From positions 768,001-832,000 of the forward strand of contig CAWIGG010000004.1 of the NCBI GenBank assembly GCA_963835575.1: a stretch of DNA of 64,000 bases, written 5' to 3'. The notes under the pieces were generated by a model, which was not told the origin of the DNA, made no database searches, and worked only from the letters and a program-made list of their open reading frames with translations. The stretch's first letter is position 1; every line of letters starts with the position of its first letter. The DNA comes from an uncultured Spirochaetota bacterium. GTDB taxonomy: Bacteria > Spirochaetota > Brevinematia > Brevinematales > JAOACQ01. Both the position numbers and the translations under genes were made by a program. Below, one piece after another: positions 29,013 through 37,556 of the stretch.

Positions 29013-29588
29013 ATGACAGTTTTTGACATCATACTGATAATTGTTTCATTTTTATGGGTTTTATCGGAGGTAATTCTTAATATTTCCAGAAGGGTTAAAA
29101 ACGGCAGGAAAGACAAAATCAGTTTCCAGCTGATATTTGTGGTCATATCCGTCAGTGTGTGCATTGGAGTGTTTATTTATGTCTATTCGAGAATACATGA
29201 TTTGAGATGGTTATATCTGTCTAATATTTATATAAGCATTGCCGGATTAATCCTGATAATAACAGGGATTATAATAAGATGGACGGCCATACTGACCTTA
29301 AAGCGTTATTTCAGCGTTAATGTCACGATTATTGACGACCACAAGATCATCAAATCGGGAATGTATAAATGGATACGGCACCCGGCATATACGGGATCCT
29401 TGCTTTCAATTTTAGGGCTGGGTTTATCCTATTCCAACTGGCTGAGTTTGATTGTTATATTTATTCCTGTTTTAACAATATTTATTCTGAGGATAAAAGC
29501 GGAGGAAAAAGTATTAATGGAACATTTCGGTAAGGAATACAAAGAATACCGGAAAGAAACAAAATATTTGATACCCTTTGTTTTTTAA
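29013..29588 (+). CDS. Isoprenylcysteine carboxyl methyltransferase family membrane protein
   Basis: HKIIKSGMYKWIRHPAY, RIKAEEKVL..FGKEY..Y, LIPFVF. Confidence 0.85.
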   Translation: MTVFDIILIIVSFLWVLSEVILNISRRVKNGRKDKISFQLIFVVISVSVCIGVFIYVYSRIHDLRWLYLSNIYISIAGLILIITGIIIRWTAILTLKRYFSVNVTIIDDHKIIKSGMYKWIRHPAYTGSLLSILGLGLSYSNWLSLIVIFIPVLTIFILRIKAEEKVLMEHFGKEYKEYRKETKYLIPFVF

Positions 29589-29648
29589 AATTCATTGCTT
29601 AATTGCCGATAGATTACAAGTATCAGATTTTTTAAGGGCAATGAATAT

Positions 29649-30200
29649 ATGAAAGTAAAACTGCTGTGTTCTGAAGCTGTCGGCAGAGTGGCTGCGGAGC
29701 TTTTAAAATCCAGGGGCTTTGAGATTGACGATCATTCTTTATATTCTTTTATAGAAAGAGGCCTGCCCGTCCCCGATGAGGGCGTCCATATTTTGTTTGA
29801 CGGGAAAAACCTGAGCGACCTGCTGGACTTTCTGGACGGTTTCCTGAAGAACAGGGATTTAATAAAAGAAATGGATGTGATCATCGGCAGGAAAAAAGGC
29901 AATTACCAGCCGCTGGAAGTAAAATCCCTTTATTATTTCCAGGCGGACGGGAATACGATCTACTGCTATACGGAAAGCGATAAATTCGAGATCCAAAAAA
30001 AGCTTTATGAGATAGAAGAAGATCTGTCCCGGCAGGGGTTTACACGGATCAATAAATCGGTCATTATCAATATTATGCTGGTGAGCGAGATCATTCCCTG
30101 GTTCGGCGGGAGACTTTTATTGAAGCTGAAGAAAAAAAGCGAGGAGCTGGAAGTATCCAGGAATTATGTGAAAAGTTTTAAGGAATTTCTGGGATTATAG
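29649..30200 (+). CDS. LytTR DNA-binding domain regulator with no receiver domain
   Basis: YYFQADG...KKLYEIEE...FTRINKSVIIN...VSRNYVKSFKEFLG. Confidence 0.85.
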   Translation: MKVKLLCSEAVGRVAAELLKSRGFEIDDHSLYSFIERGLPVPDEGVHILFDGKNLSDLLDFLDGFLKNRDLIKEMDVIIGRKKGNYQPLEVKSLYYFQADGNTIYCYTESDKFEIQKKLYEIEEDLSRQGFTRINKSVIINIMLVSEIIPWFGGRLLLKLKKKSEELEVSRNYVKSFKEFLGL

Positions 30201-30208
30201 AGGGTTTT

Positions 30209-30616
30209 ATGAAAAACTGGAAGGAAGCAGTAGTAACCATTTTCATTTCGGGCATTATCGGCGCCATGGTCGGTCTGCCGATTATTATTATAGAAACAAA
30301 AAGCGTTTTTAATTATTATTTACTTTTCAGCGCCATTGCCGGAATGGTCATCGGCATCCTGTCCAGATGGCTTTTTATGTTCTTTTACCGTAATCTGAAA
30401 GAAAACGCGTTTTTTGCTTTTACCGCCATTATAATTATCAACGGACTCTGTACTTTTCTGATAACATATCTCTTCGGCGTCAGAAATATTCTATATTATA
30501 TTTTTTTGATCGGAATTGCGCAATTGCTGGGAAACAGTTTCGCGTTTATGATGTACAGGTACAATATCAAACTTAATGAAAAACTAAAAGAAACCCAGGA
30601 AAAGTTCAAGGGATAA
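30209..30616 (+). CDS. 4-TM membrane protein (DUF3021-like LytTR partner)
   Basis: Four hydrophobic helices; C-terminal KLNEKLKE; starts 8 bp after the LytTR gene. Confidence 0.6.
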   Translation: MKNWKEAVVTIFISGIIGAMVGLPIIIIETKSVFNYYLLFSAIAGMVIGILSRWLFMFFYRNLKENAFFAFTAIIIINGLCTFLITYLFGVRNILYYIFLIGIAQLLGNSFAFMMYRYNIKLNEKLKETQEKFKG

Positions 30617-30765
30617 ATTACCCGGACAAAAATTCCATTTTAAACATAGGCACTTCAAAATTCAATTTATTTTTAAATTTTATTAATTATCATTGCTTTG
30701 ACACATTTATCCATAATAAATAAAATATTTCAGCTTAATTATTAATACGTAATTTGGAGTTAATA

Positions 30766-31620
30766 ATGAAAAGAATTTTATTTATTCTGGCTGCCATTCA
30801 TTGCATCCCGGCTTTTATTTTTCCGGCCCCTGTCTATAACGGCTCGGAAGGTTATATAACGGCGCCTTCCGCTGAGGTATTGTCCAACGGCACCGTGTCC
30901 GCCGCCTTAAAATACACCTACATGGATACTTTTACCGGGGCCGTCAATATTGTACTATTGCCTGGTTTTGAAGCCGGCGCCGGCTGGGATGTCAATACAA
31001 GCCCTCAAAGTCCGGTCCTTGCGGGCGTCAAATACCAATTCCTTGATAATCCAGCGCTGGCCGTCGGCTTTACAGGTGAAATAAGCACGGGGCAGGGGCA
31101 GAATTATTATACCATCTATATTGCTCTGCAGGAAAAAATGCCCGGCTTTGACACCACGCTTTCCTTCGGCTATACGGTCGGGATGGAAACGCTTCTCAAT
31201 TTCTCCATAGGCTTTCAAAAAGAGCTCTTCATTCCCCAGTTCTGCCTGATCGGGGATTTTTCGAATTATCCCTATAAGTATTTTCCCGCCGTTTCCTATA
31301 ATAGTCCCGCGCGAGGAATAGTGAATCTTGGTCTGAGGCTCTATCCATTTTCCTTTTTATCGATTGATATAATAGGGCTGGATGTCATGGATGGCGAGAG
31401 GGATTTCGCGGCGGGGGTGAATTTTAGTTGGGATTTGTGGGGAGTGAGGGGAACAAAGGATAGCCACGCACAGAGAACACGGAGAGTGAGTTATTTAGAG
31501 GTATCCTATTATAGGTATTCGATGTCTGATGGTAATAGTACATTAGAATTAAACACGAAGAACACGAAGGACCACGAAGAAGGAATCGAACCGCGAATGC
31601 ACGCGAATAAACGCGAATGA
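30766..31620 (+). CDS. Putative outer-membrane barrel (YjbH-like N-terminus) with a repeat-derived C-terminal tail
   Basis: Signal peptide, GSEGYITAPSAEVL, GVKYQF. After ...VNFSWDLWG the frame runs through short-repeat DNA. Confidence 0.55.
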   Translation: MKRILFILAAIHCIPAFIFPAPVYNGSEGYITAPSAEVLSNGTVSAALKYTYMDTFTGAVNIVLLPGFEAGAGWDVNTSPQSPVLAGVKYQFLDNPALAVGFTGEISTGQGQNYYTIYIALQEKMPGFDTTLSFGYTVGMETLLNFSIGFQKELFIPQFCLIGDFSNYPYKYFPAVSYNSPARGIVNLGLRLYPFSFLSIDIIGLDVMDGERDFAAGVNFSWDLWGVRGTKDSHAQRTRRVSYLEVSYYRYSMSDGNSTLELNTKNTKDHEEGIEPRMHANKRE

Positions 31621-31670
31621 GGAACAACGGGGGACGGTGGGGAATTGTTGGGGAAATGAAGAAGCCACAC

Positions 31671-31771
31671 TCAGACTGTGTGAAAAGTCGGTGTTTTGCA
31701 TCGTAATTCTATATTTTTCGTTCCGTAACTTCAATAAATACGTGGCGAAAAATAGTTTTCACACAGTCTGA
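31671..31771. mobile_element. Candidate 101-bp MITE with 16-bp terminal inverted repeats
   Basis: tcagactgtgtgaaaa (31671-31686) and ttttcacacagtctga (31756-31771); no internal ORF. Confidence 0.55.
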
Positions 31772-31789
31772 CTGAGTGCTGAGCGGTTT

Positions 31790-32044
31790 CCTCGGTAGTA
31801 CTGCTGAAAGAAGAAGCGGTAAACTCGGGAACCGGGCGTTTCAATATCGAAAGCCCGGTCGCCGAGTTCACCGTTCCCTGCTTTGCCGCACTACCGAGGC
31901 GACCGGATCAGAAGAATTGATTTTAAGAAAAAAAGGAGAACAAGGCCGGACGCTGAGTAACCGCTGTTTTATAACACGGTCACTTCGATGCTTCGACCCG
32001 GCTCAGCACAAGTACGCGGTTTAGTACCGCTACTCAGTGACCGG
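31790..32044. repeat. Nested palindromic REP-like cluster
   Basis: cctcggtagt/actaccgagg stem with an inner imperfect stem; cttcgacccggctcagcacaag unit at 31991-32012. Confidence 0.6.
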
Positions 32045-32120
32045 TCTTTTAAAAATAAATGCGGTGTATCGAAGCGTCCATATTAAATAAACAAGAACAT
32101 AAAAAAACAAGGAGCCCCCC

Positions 32121-33689
32121 ATGACCAAAACAATAACAACCGCCATCATTTTTATTTCCTGCCTTATTTCCATTTTCCATGCCGATCAGCCAAGAATCCA
32201 ATTTACAGCAGCCGACATTGCGCCCAGAATGAAAATATTCGGCACCGGCCGGAATTTTTACGGCGTCGTTAATACCGTAGAGACGCACGGCGGTGCGTCT
32301 CCGTGGCAGTCCGCCGGCAACCCGCCGCACTGGCTGGTTTTTGATGGAAAGGGGGATTTCGAGGGGATGGCGTTCAACGGCCTGTTCAATATCAGTCAAA
32401 TAAACATATATATAAAGAAGGGAGAACAGTACATTGATAAAATCACATTGACAAACATTGATACCACGAATGGCAGTGTAGAGACGCGATTCATCGCGTC
32501 TCCGTCTCAATCAAACAACCTTGTTTCCGCCACACGTTTTAAAATAGAATTTGAAGGGACGAATGCCTTGGTTTCTAATATTTCTATTTATGGAAGGCTG
32601 GATGAAAAAAAGGACTATAGCGTAGCGAGAAAATACGATTTGACTAAAGAAGAACGTGATTTGATGGACGCGAGCGGCCGGAGTTTCAACCAGAAAAAAT
32701 ACGGCGACGCACTGGCCCGGAATGAGGAAGCGATAAAGCAAAACCCTGAAAATCCCTATCCTTATATGAACATGGGGCAGATCAACCAGGCCGTGGCGGA
32801 AAAAAGCGAGGAGCATACGGATTTTTTAAAATACATGAAACAATCCATAGAAAAATACGAGGCCGCCGACCGTACGGATAACCCTGAAAGGCTTGCATTG
32901 GTTCAGCGGATGGCCCAAATCTATCAAAATAACCTCCTGGACCAGGAAATGGCTGCCCAAAAATGGAAGGAATATATCGATTTAATGGAAGCGAACGGCA
33001 GTTCCGGCAACAAGCTGGCGGGAGCATTGGCGTCGCTTTACGGGAACCAGCCATTAAAAAAGGACAATGCGGGATATCTTGCGGCGATGGAAAAGTTAGT
33101 GGGGCTTACCGGGGAAGGACAGGTGAACGGGAACAACCGGGATGTTTACGGCGAACTGGTGTATTACATTGGCTATCAGGAAATGTATACAAAAAACTAT
33201 GACAAGGTCATTAAAATCGCCAACCTTCTGATAAAGAATTTCCCAGGCATTGAATCCGGAGAATTCCCGTACGGTCAGGAACACCTTGCCCTTGCCGATA
33301 TGGCCCTGGGCCGCTGGCAGGACGCCATCGAGGCATGGAAATGGATAATTGATAATGGTAAAACGGCTATAACAATACCAGCCTTTAATTTATCCTATTG
33401 CTTATATAAAAATAGTAATATAGATGAAGCATATCAGTGGTATGTTTATACTGTAAGTGTCAAATTATGGTTTGAGAATCCAAATGGTATAAAATCGGAA
33501 ATAGAATCTGTTTATAACTTACATAAAGACATAAGATTTAAAGTAACATCGGAAAAATTTGCAAAGGCAGCTTTTAAAGATATTAAAAATTTATTAATTA
33601 CCAAAAAAATTATTAATGATAATTGGTTAATAGATTTAGAAAAAACGGTTAACACTTATTTATTGAAATATAGCGTAAAAATCAAATAG
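32121..33689 (+). CDS. Secreted TPR-repeat protein with a beta-rich N-terminal domain and two in-frame REP insertions
   Basis: Signal peptide; TPR-like units (KYGDALARNEEAIKQNPENPYPYMNMG); VETHGGASP and VETRFIASP are encoded by REPs. Confidence 0.7.
   Translation: MTKTITTAIIFISCLISIFHADQPRIQFTAADIAPRMKIFGTGRNFYGVVNTVETHGGASPWQSAGNPPHWLVFDGKGDFEGMAFNGLFNISQINIYIKKGEQYIDKITLTNIDTTNGSVETRFIASPSQSNNLVSATRFKIEFEGTNALVSNISIYGRLDEKKDYSVARKYDLTKEERDLMDASGRSFNQKKYGDALARNEEAIKQNPENPYPYMNMGQINQAVAEKSEEHTDFLKYMKQSIEKYEAADRTDNPERLALVQRMAQIYQNNLLDQEMAAQKWKEYIDLMEANGSSGNKLAGALASLYGNQPLKKDNAGYLAAMEKLVGLTGEGQVNGNNRDVYGELVYYIGYQEMYTKNYDKVIKIANLLIKNFPGIESGEFPYGQEHLALADMALGRWQDAIEAWKWIIDNGKTAITIPAFNLSYCLYKNSNIDEAYQWYVYTVSVKLWFENPNGIKSEIESVYNLHKDIRFKVTSEKFAKAAFKDIKNLLITKKIINDNWLIDLEKTVNTYLLKYSVKIK
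32277..32303 (+). repeat. GTAG-type REP, in frame within a CDS
   Basis: gtagagacgcacggcggtgcgtctccg. Confidence 0.8.
32478..32504 (+). repeat. GTAG-type REP, in frame within a CDS
   Basis: gtagagacgcgattcatcgcgtctccg. Confidence 0.8.
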
Positions 33690-33725
33690 GGAAATTTTAT
33701 TTAAACCGCAAAAATGGGAGAGAAG

Positions 33726-34229
33726 ATGTTTAAAATATTAAAAGTATTATTTTTTTCAACAATATCACTTTTATTTTTCTTTAATTTTAGTTTTAGTATA
33801 AAGATTGGATTAGATAGTGGACATTCTATTAAAGAGTTATATAAAAGTGGTGGCGCATTTATGGTTAAAGAGCAAACTGATCCAAATAAACCACCAGTAG
33901 ATGTCCCTTATTTTTCCGTCGCCTGGCCGAAGGGGGGCGTGAAGGTCAGAACATCAGACAGCGATATCAGCACGGCGGAGGGCGTTTTCGGCACTTATGT
34001 CGAGATGAACAACAGTGTGGATTTCGCGAACTGGAATGATGCGGCTTCAGCTATTTCAGTGGGCGGCCTTCCTTATAAATGGCAGGATGTGAGGTGGGTG
34101 CAAGCTCTAGCCAGAACAGGGGATACAAATCAAAGCATTCATAGTATAAAGTTTTTTGCCTTTATTAAAAAATCAATCATTATCAAACAGATTGCTTCGT
34201 TTGATGGTAATTGGCAAAGGCTTAAGTAA
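33726..34229 (+). CDS. Hypothetical secreted protein, possibly a mosaic or truncated remnant
   Basis: Signal peptide then KIGLDSGH; abrupt GC shifts; the 3' end runs into a gattgcttcgt...ctcgcaatgac repeat. Confidence 0.4.
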   Translation: MFKILKVLFFSTISLLFFFNFSFSIKIGLDSGHSIKELYKSGGAFMVKEQTDPNKPPVDVPYFSVAWPKGGVKVRTSDSDISTAEGVFGTYVEMNNSVDFANWNDAASAISVGGLPYKWQDVRWVQALARTGDTNQSIHSIKFFAFIKKSIIIKQIASFDGNWQRLK

Positions 34230-34763
34230 GAGTCTCGCAATGACGTTTTGTGTTTCCGGCGCATCTCACCCTCAACCCTTCTTAGCAATATTTTTTTACT
34301 TCAGAAGCGAGTAAAACAATACAGGCGTCTTTAATTAAAACTAAATCCTATTAATCCGCGCCAATCCTGATAATCCTGTTGAACTTGTGCTGAGCCTGCC
34401 GAAGCGTTGGGGTCTATTTTAAAGCTTCAATAAAATTAAGAATGGATTTTAAACAATATCTTTTTGTATAACCGGCGTAGCCGACAACATTAATCTCCGA
34501 ACCTTTCCGTGACCTTCCGTGTAATTCCGTGGCTATTCCCCGTTGGTGCCCTTCATGGCCCTCAAAAAAAGGCGAATTATATTAATAACTTTTGTTTAAG
34601 ATAATCCTTCGTGACCTTCGTGTTAAAAATAGAATGAAAATTATTATATTAAAGAATCGTTGCCAATAAAAAAGAATTAGAAGCTCAAAAGCCACCACCA
34701 CCCTTAGCGTTTCTTCGCGCGTCTTAGCGGATTACCCCCGTCCTCTATTCCTCCGTGGCTACC

Positions 34764-35807
34764 TTACAACAGCACCACCCTTTCAATCTCCCCGCTCGCG
34801 TAAACAAAATCACCCTTATAAAACACGGCGAACTGCCCCGGCGTAATGATTTCGTGCGGCCTGTCGAGCTCGACATGCGCCGAGTCTTCCTTTATTTTGA
34901 CATCCCCATCAATAACCGCGCTCTGGTAGCGGACCTGGACGCCGTACCTGCCCGCAATGAATTTATCCGTGAAGATATTGAGCTTTTTGACATTGAATTC
35001 CTTTGAGAGCGGCTTTTCACCCAGCTTGATCGTGTTATTCTTCACGTCAAACTCCCTGATATAGACCCTCTCGCCGGCGGCGACATTCAGGCCGCGGCGC
35101 TGGCCGAAGCTGTAAAAGGGAATGCCTTTATGGATACCGGCTTTTTTATCCTGATAAATAAACGAGCCTTCTTTTTCAATCACGCCCTGTGTCCTTAAAA
35201 ATTCACGGTAGTCGTCTTTGATAAAGCAGATGTCCTGGCTTTCGGCTTTATGCGGGGAAATGGGAAGTTTGGCTTTTTCCACTATCGAACGGATTTCTTT
35301 TTTATGGTATCCGCCGAGCGGCAGTTTTATAAAGGGGAGTTTATTCTTTTCGATGTAGGATAAAAAATAGGACTGGTCTTTCGAAGGGTCGAGACCTTTT
35401 TCAATTAAAAAGTCGCCGCCCTGTTTAATGACGCCGGCGTAATGGCCCGTCGCGAAAAATTCCGCTCCCTGGGAAAGGCTGTATTCCAGGAGCGCGCCGA
35501 ATTTGACATAGCGGTTGCAGAGGACGCATGGGTTCGGCGTGAGCCCTGCCTGGTAGCTTTTGATGAAATTCTGTATTATTTTCGCCTGGAAGACATCCTT
35601 GACATCGATGATCTTGTGGGGAATTCCAAGGAATGAACAAACCGATTTCGCGGCGGTGATCTCCTCGATGCTGCAGCATTTTTTATATCCCTCTTCCTGA
35701 AAAGCGGTAAAAGTGACGCCGGTTACGGAATGGCCTTCTTCTTTCAACAGGAACGCGGCGGCGGAGCTGTCGATGCCCCCGCTCATCCCGGCAAATACTT
35801 CAGCCAT
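34764..35807 (-). CDS. mnmA: tRNA 2-thiouridine(34) synthase
   Basis: GMSGGIDSS, TPNPCVLCN, ATGHYA, KDQSYFL, ESQDICF, GQRRGL, TPGQFAVFY. Confidence 0.95.
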   Translation of the reverse strand: MAEVFAGMSGGIDSSAAAFLLKEEGHSVTGVTFTAFQEEGYKKCCSIEEITAAKSVCSFLGIPHKIIDVKDVFQAKIIQNFIKSYQAGLTPNPCVLCNRYVKFGALLEYSLSQGAEFFATGHYAGVIKQGGDFLIEKGLDPSKDQSYFLSYIEKNKLPFIKLPLGGYHKKEIRSIVEKAKLPISPHKAESQDICFIKDDYREFLRTQGVIEKEGSFIYQDKKAGIHKGIPFYSFGQRRGLNVAAGERVYIREFDVKNNTIKLGEKPLSKEFNVKKLNIFTDKFIAGRYGVQVRYQSAVIDGDVKIKEDSAHVELDRPHEIITPGQFAVFYKGDFVYASGEIERVVLL

Positions 35808-35808
35808 A

Positions 35809-36393
35809 TCAGAGCTTTTTCAGCCTGTCCTTCTGATTTTTCAGAAAACCCATTTTATCGAGACTTTTTGACTTTGGAAAAAAAGTCAGGATGTCGATAA
35901 ATTTGGTCTGCTTGGGTTTCATGCTTTCCTTATTCAATTCGATGTAATCGATCGTTTCCTGGTCCGTGATCTTATCGATAAGCCTGGCGCCTTCGCTCGA
36001 AAGGCTCAGGAGGTAATAGCTCGTGCCGACCTTGACGATCTGCAGAAAGCTCCCCATTCCTATGGATTTGGTCAGTATAGTCTCGATGATCTTCTCGTCC
36101 GCTGTCGCCGGCAGGGCCCCTTTGGAGACAAGGAACCTGATGAGAAAATAAGCGGCGACTCCGAAGACGCCGATATACAGGATGATCTTTACGGCCGTCC
36201 AGAGAGGGTTGGGGGTGGAGATGTTTTTATTTTTATCATTGGTTGGTTTATCCTGTTCATAATAATCCTGGAGGAACGGTTTATTGTTTGTGTTTGAAGG
36301 GTTATTTGATGAATTGATATTTGTCTGCTGGCTGAAACCCGATAGGGACAGGAATAAAAAAAAGGACATGATTATAAAAGCAGATTTTTTCAT
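35809..36393 (-). CDS. fliO: Flagellar biosynthetic protein FliO/FliZ (spirochaete type)
   Basis: Signal-like N-terminus, one TM helix, LQIVKVG..YYLL, C-terminal FLKNQKDRLKKL. Confidence 0.6.
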   Translation of the reverse strand: MKKSAFIIMSFFLFLSLSGFSQQTNINSSNNPSNTNNKPFLQDYYEQDKPTNDKNKNISTPNPLWTAVKIILYIGVFGVAAYFLIRFLVSKGALPATADEKIIETILTKSIGMGSFLQIVKVGTSYYLLSLSSEGARLIDKITDQETIDYIELNKESMKPKQTKFIDILTFFPKSKSLDKMGFLKNQKDRLKKL

Positions 36394-36422
36394 ATTATTA
36401 TCCCCTTCGATTCAATAATTTA

Positions 36423-37358
36423 TTAAAAACCGATATTAATGATCGGCATAAATCCGGCCCATCCCTGTTTGACAAAGTTAAGCAGGCCTATCTGAACGCC
36501 GTGCAGCGTCCGGGCGGTATTCATAAAGCCGACCTGGGCTCCAATTACATTACCGGCGGTATTAATCAGGCCGAATTGCGCGCCGATCAGATCGCCTTTG
36601 ATATTGTTAATAATACCGGCTTGCATACCAAGCATTTTATCATTTGCAGTGCAGATTAATCCGTCCTGGGTCCCGATGATCATTCCGCATTCACTGATCA
36701 GCCCTGCCTGCACGCCGATTATTTTAGAATTATAACCGGTGATTAAAACAACTGCCACCCCTGTGATCATAAAATTTTCCGGAATCAGCTGAATGCGCCG
36801 GACAAATGAAAGCTGAACAGGGAAAAAACCTTCTGTTCTTGTGTATTTTTCTTCGGGAATATTCGTTTGAACAGTCTGCTCCTCGATTTTTTCGCCTTTT
36901 GATTTCTGAATAATATCTTTCACCGCTTCGGGAATCTTGCCGCTGATCTCCGCGATGCCCCTGCCTTTAATTTCTTCATAGATTTCAATTGTCCCCGTGG
37001 AGATATCAATTACTTTAATAAGAAGCTGGTATTCATCTTCGATCTTGAAGAGTGAGCCCATTATGATCTTGCCGGCGCCCGCGATACTGCCGACGCGCGC
37101 CGCGTCATTTTCGGCTATGCCTGATGATTGAAGTTTTTGTTCCTCAAGGATTTTAGAAAGCTGGGCCCTTTCAACAATAATGTACGCCTTTTGCCTGACA
37201 AACTCGCTCTGGATCATTTCTGAAAAGCCTGAGGTTTCAATTTCCTCGCCTTTGATCCGCGAGTCTATTCCCAGGACGGCGATTTTGGTGGCCGGGTCCC
37301 AGCAGAAAGCCCGGACGCTTAAAAAGAGAAACAGTATTATTAACGCTTTATTTAACAT
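36423..37358 (-). CDS. CsgG/HfaB-like domain fused to LA_2272-type GxQxGxxN repeats
   Basis: IVERAQLSKILEEQKLQSSG...ARVG...IIMGS; repeats GAQFGLIN, GAQVGFMN, GVQIGLLN. Confidence 0.7.
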   Translation of the reverse strand: MLNKALIILFLFLSVRAFCWDPATKIAVLGIDSRIKGEEIETSGFSEMIQSEFVRQKAYIIVERAQLSKILEEQKLQSSGIAENDAARVGSIAGAGKIIMGSLFKIEDEYQLLIKVIDISTGTIEIYEEIKGRGIAEISGKIPEAVKDIIQKSKGEKIEEQTVQTNIPEEKYTRTEGFFPVQLSFVRRIQLIPENFMITGVAVVLITGYNSKIIGVQAGLISECGMIIGTQDGLICTANDKMLGMQAGIINNIKGDLIGAQFGLINTAGNVIGAQVGFMNTARTLHGVQIGLLNFVKQGWAGFMPIINIGF

Positions 37359-37556
37359 AAACAACCTTTTATTAAACACCGGTTATGATATCATTTTTTT
37401 CAAGAATTTTCAAGAATAAGCGGTACAAAAGTCATTCATACATAAAGAATTATTTTTACAGTGATTGATAATTCACAACCCCGGGATTATAATATACAAT
37501 CATAAAGACAGGATTATATATCTGTATCTTTTTAATTATTTGAGAGGAGCGGCCGG

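Noticed and set aside
32049..32510. 153-aa minus-strand ORF (MRRRRDESRLY...RRTAVRLY)
   Set aside because: Antisense to the TPR gene; its peptides are reverse translations of the REP elements.
31440..34760. Short periodic repeats as a possible CRISPR array
   Set aside because: No constant 23-47-bp repeat with regular unique spacers, and no cas genes.
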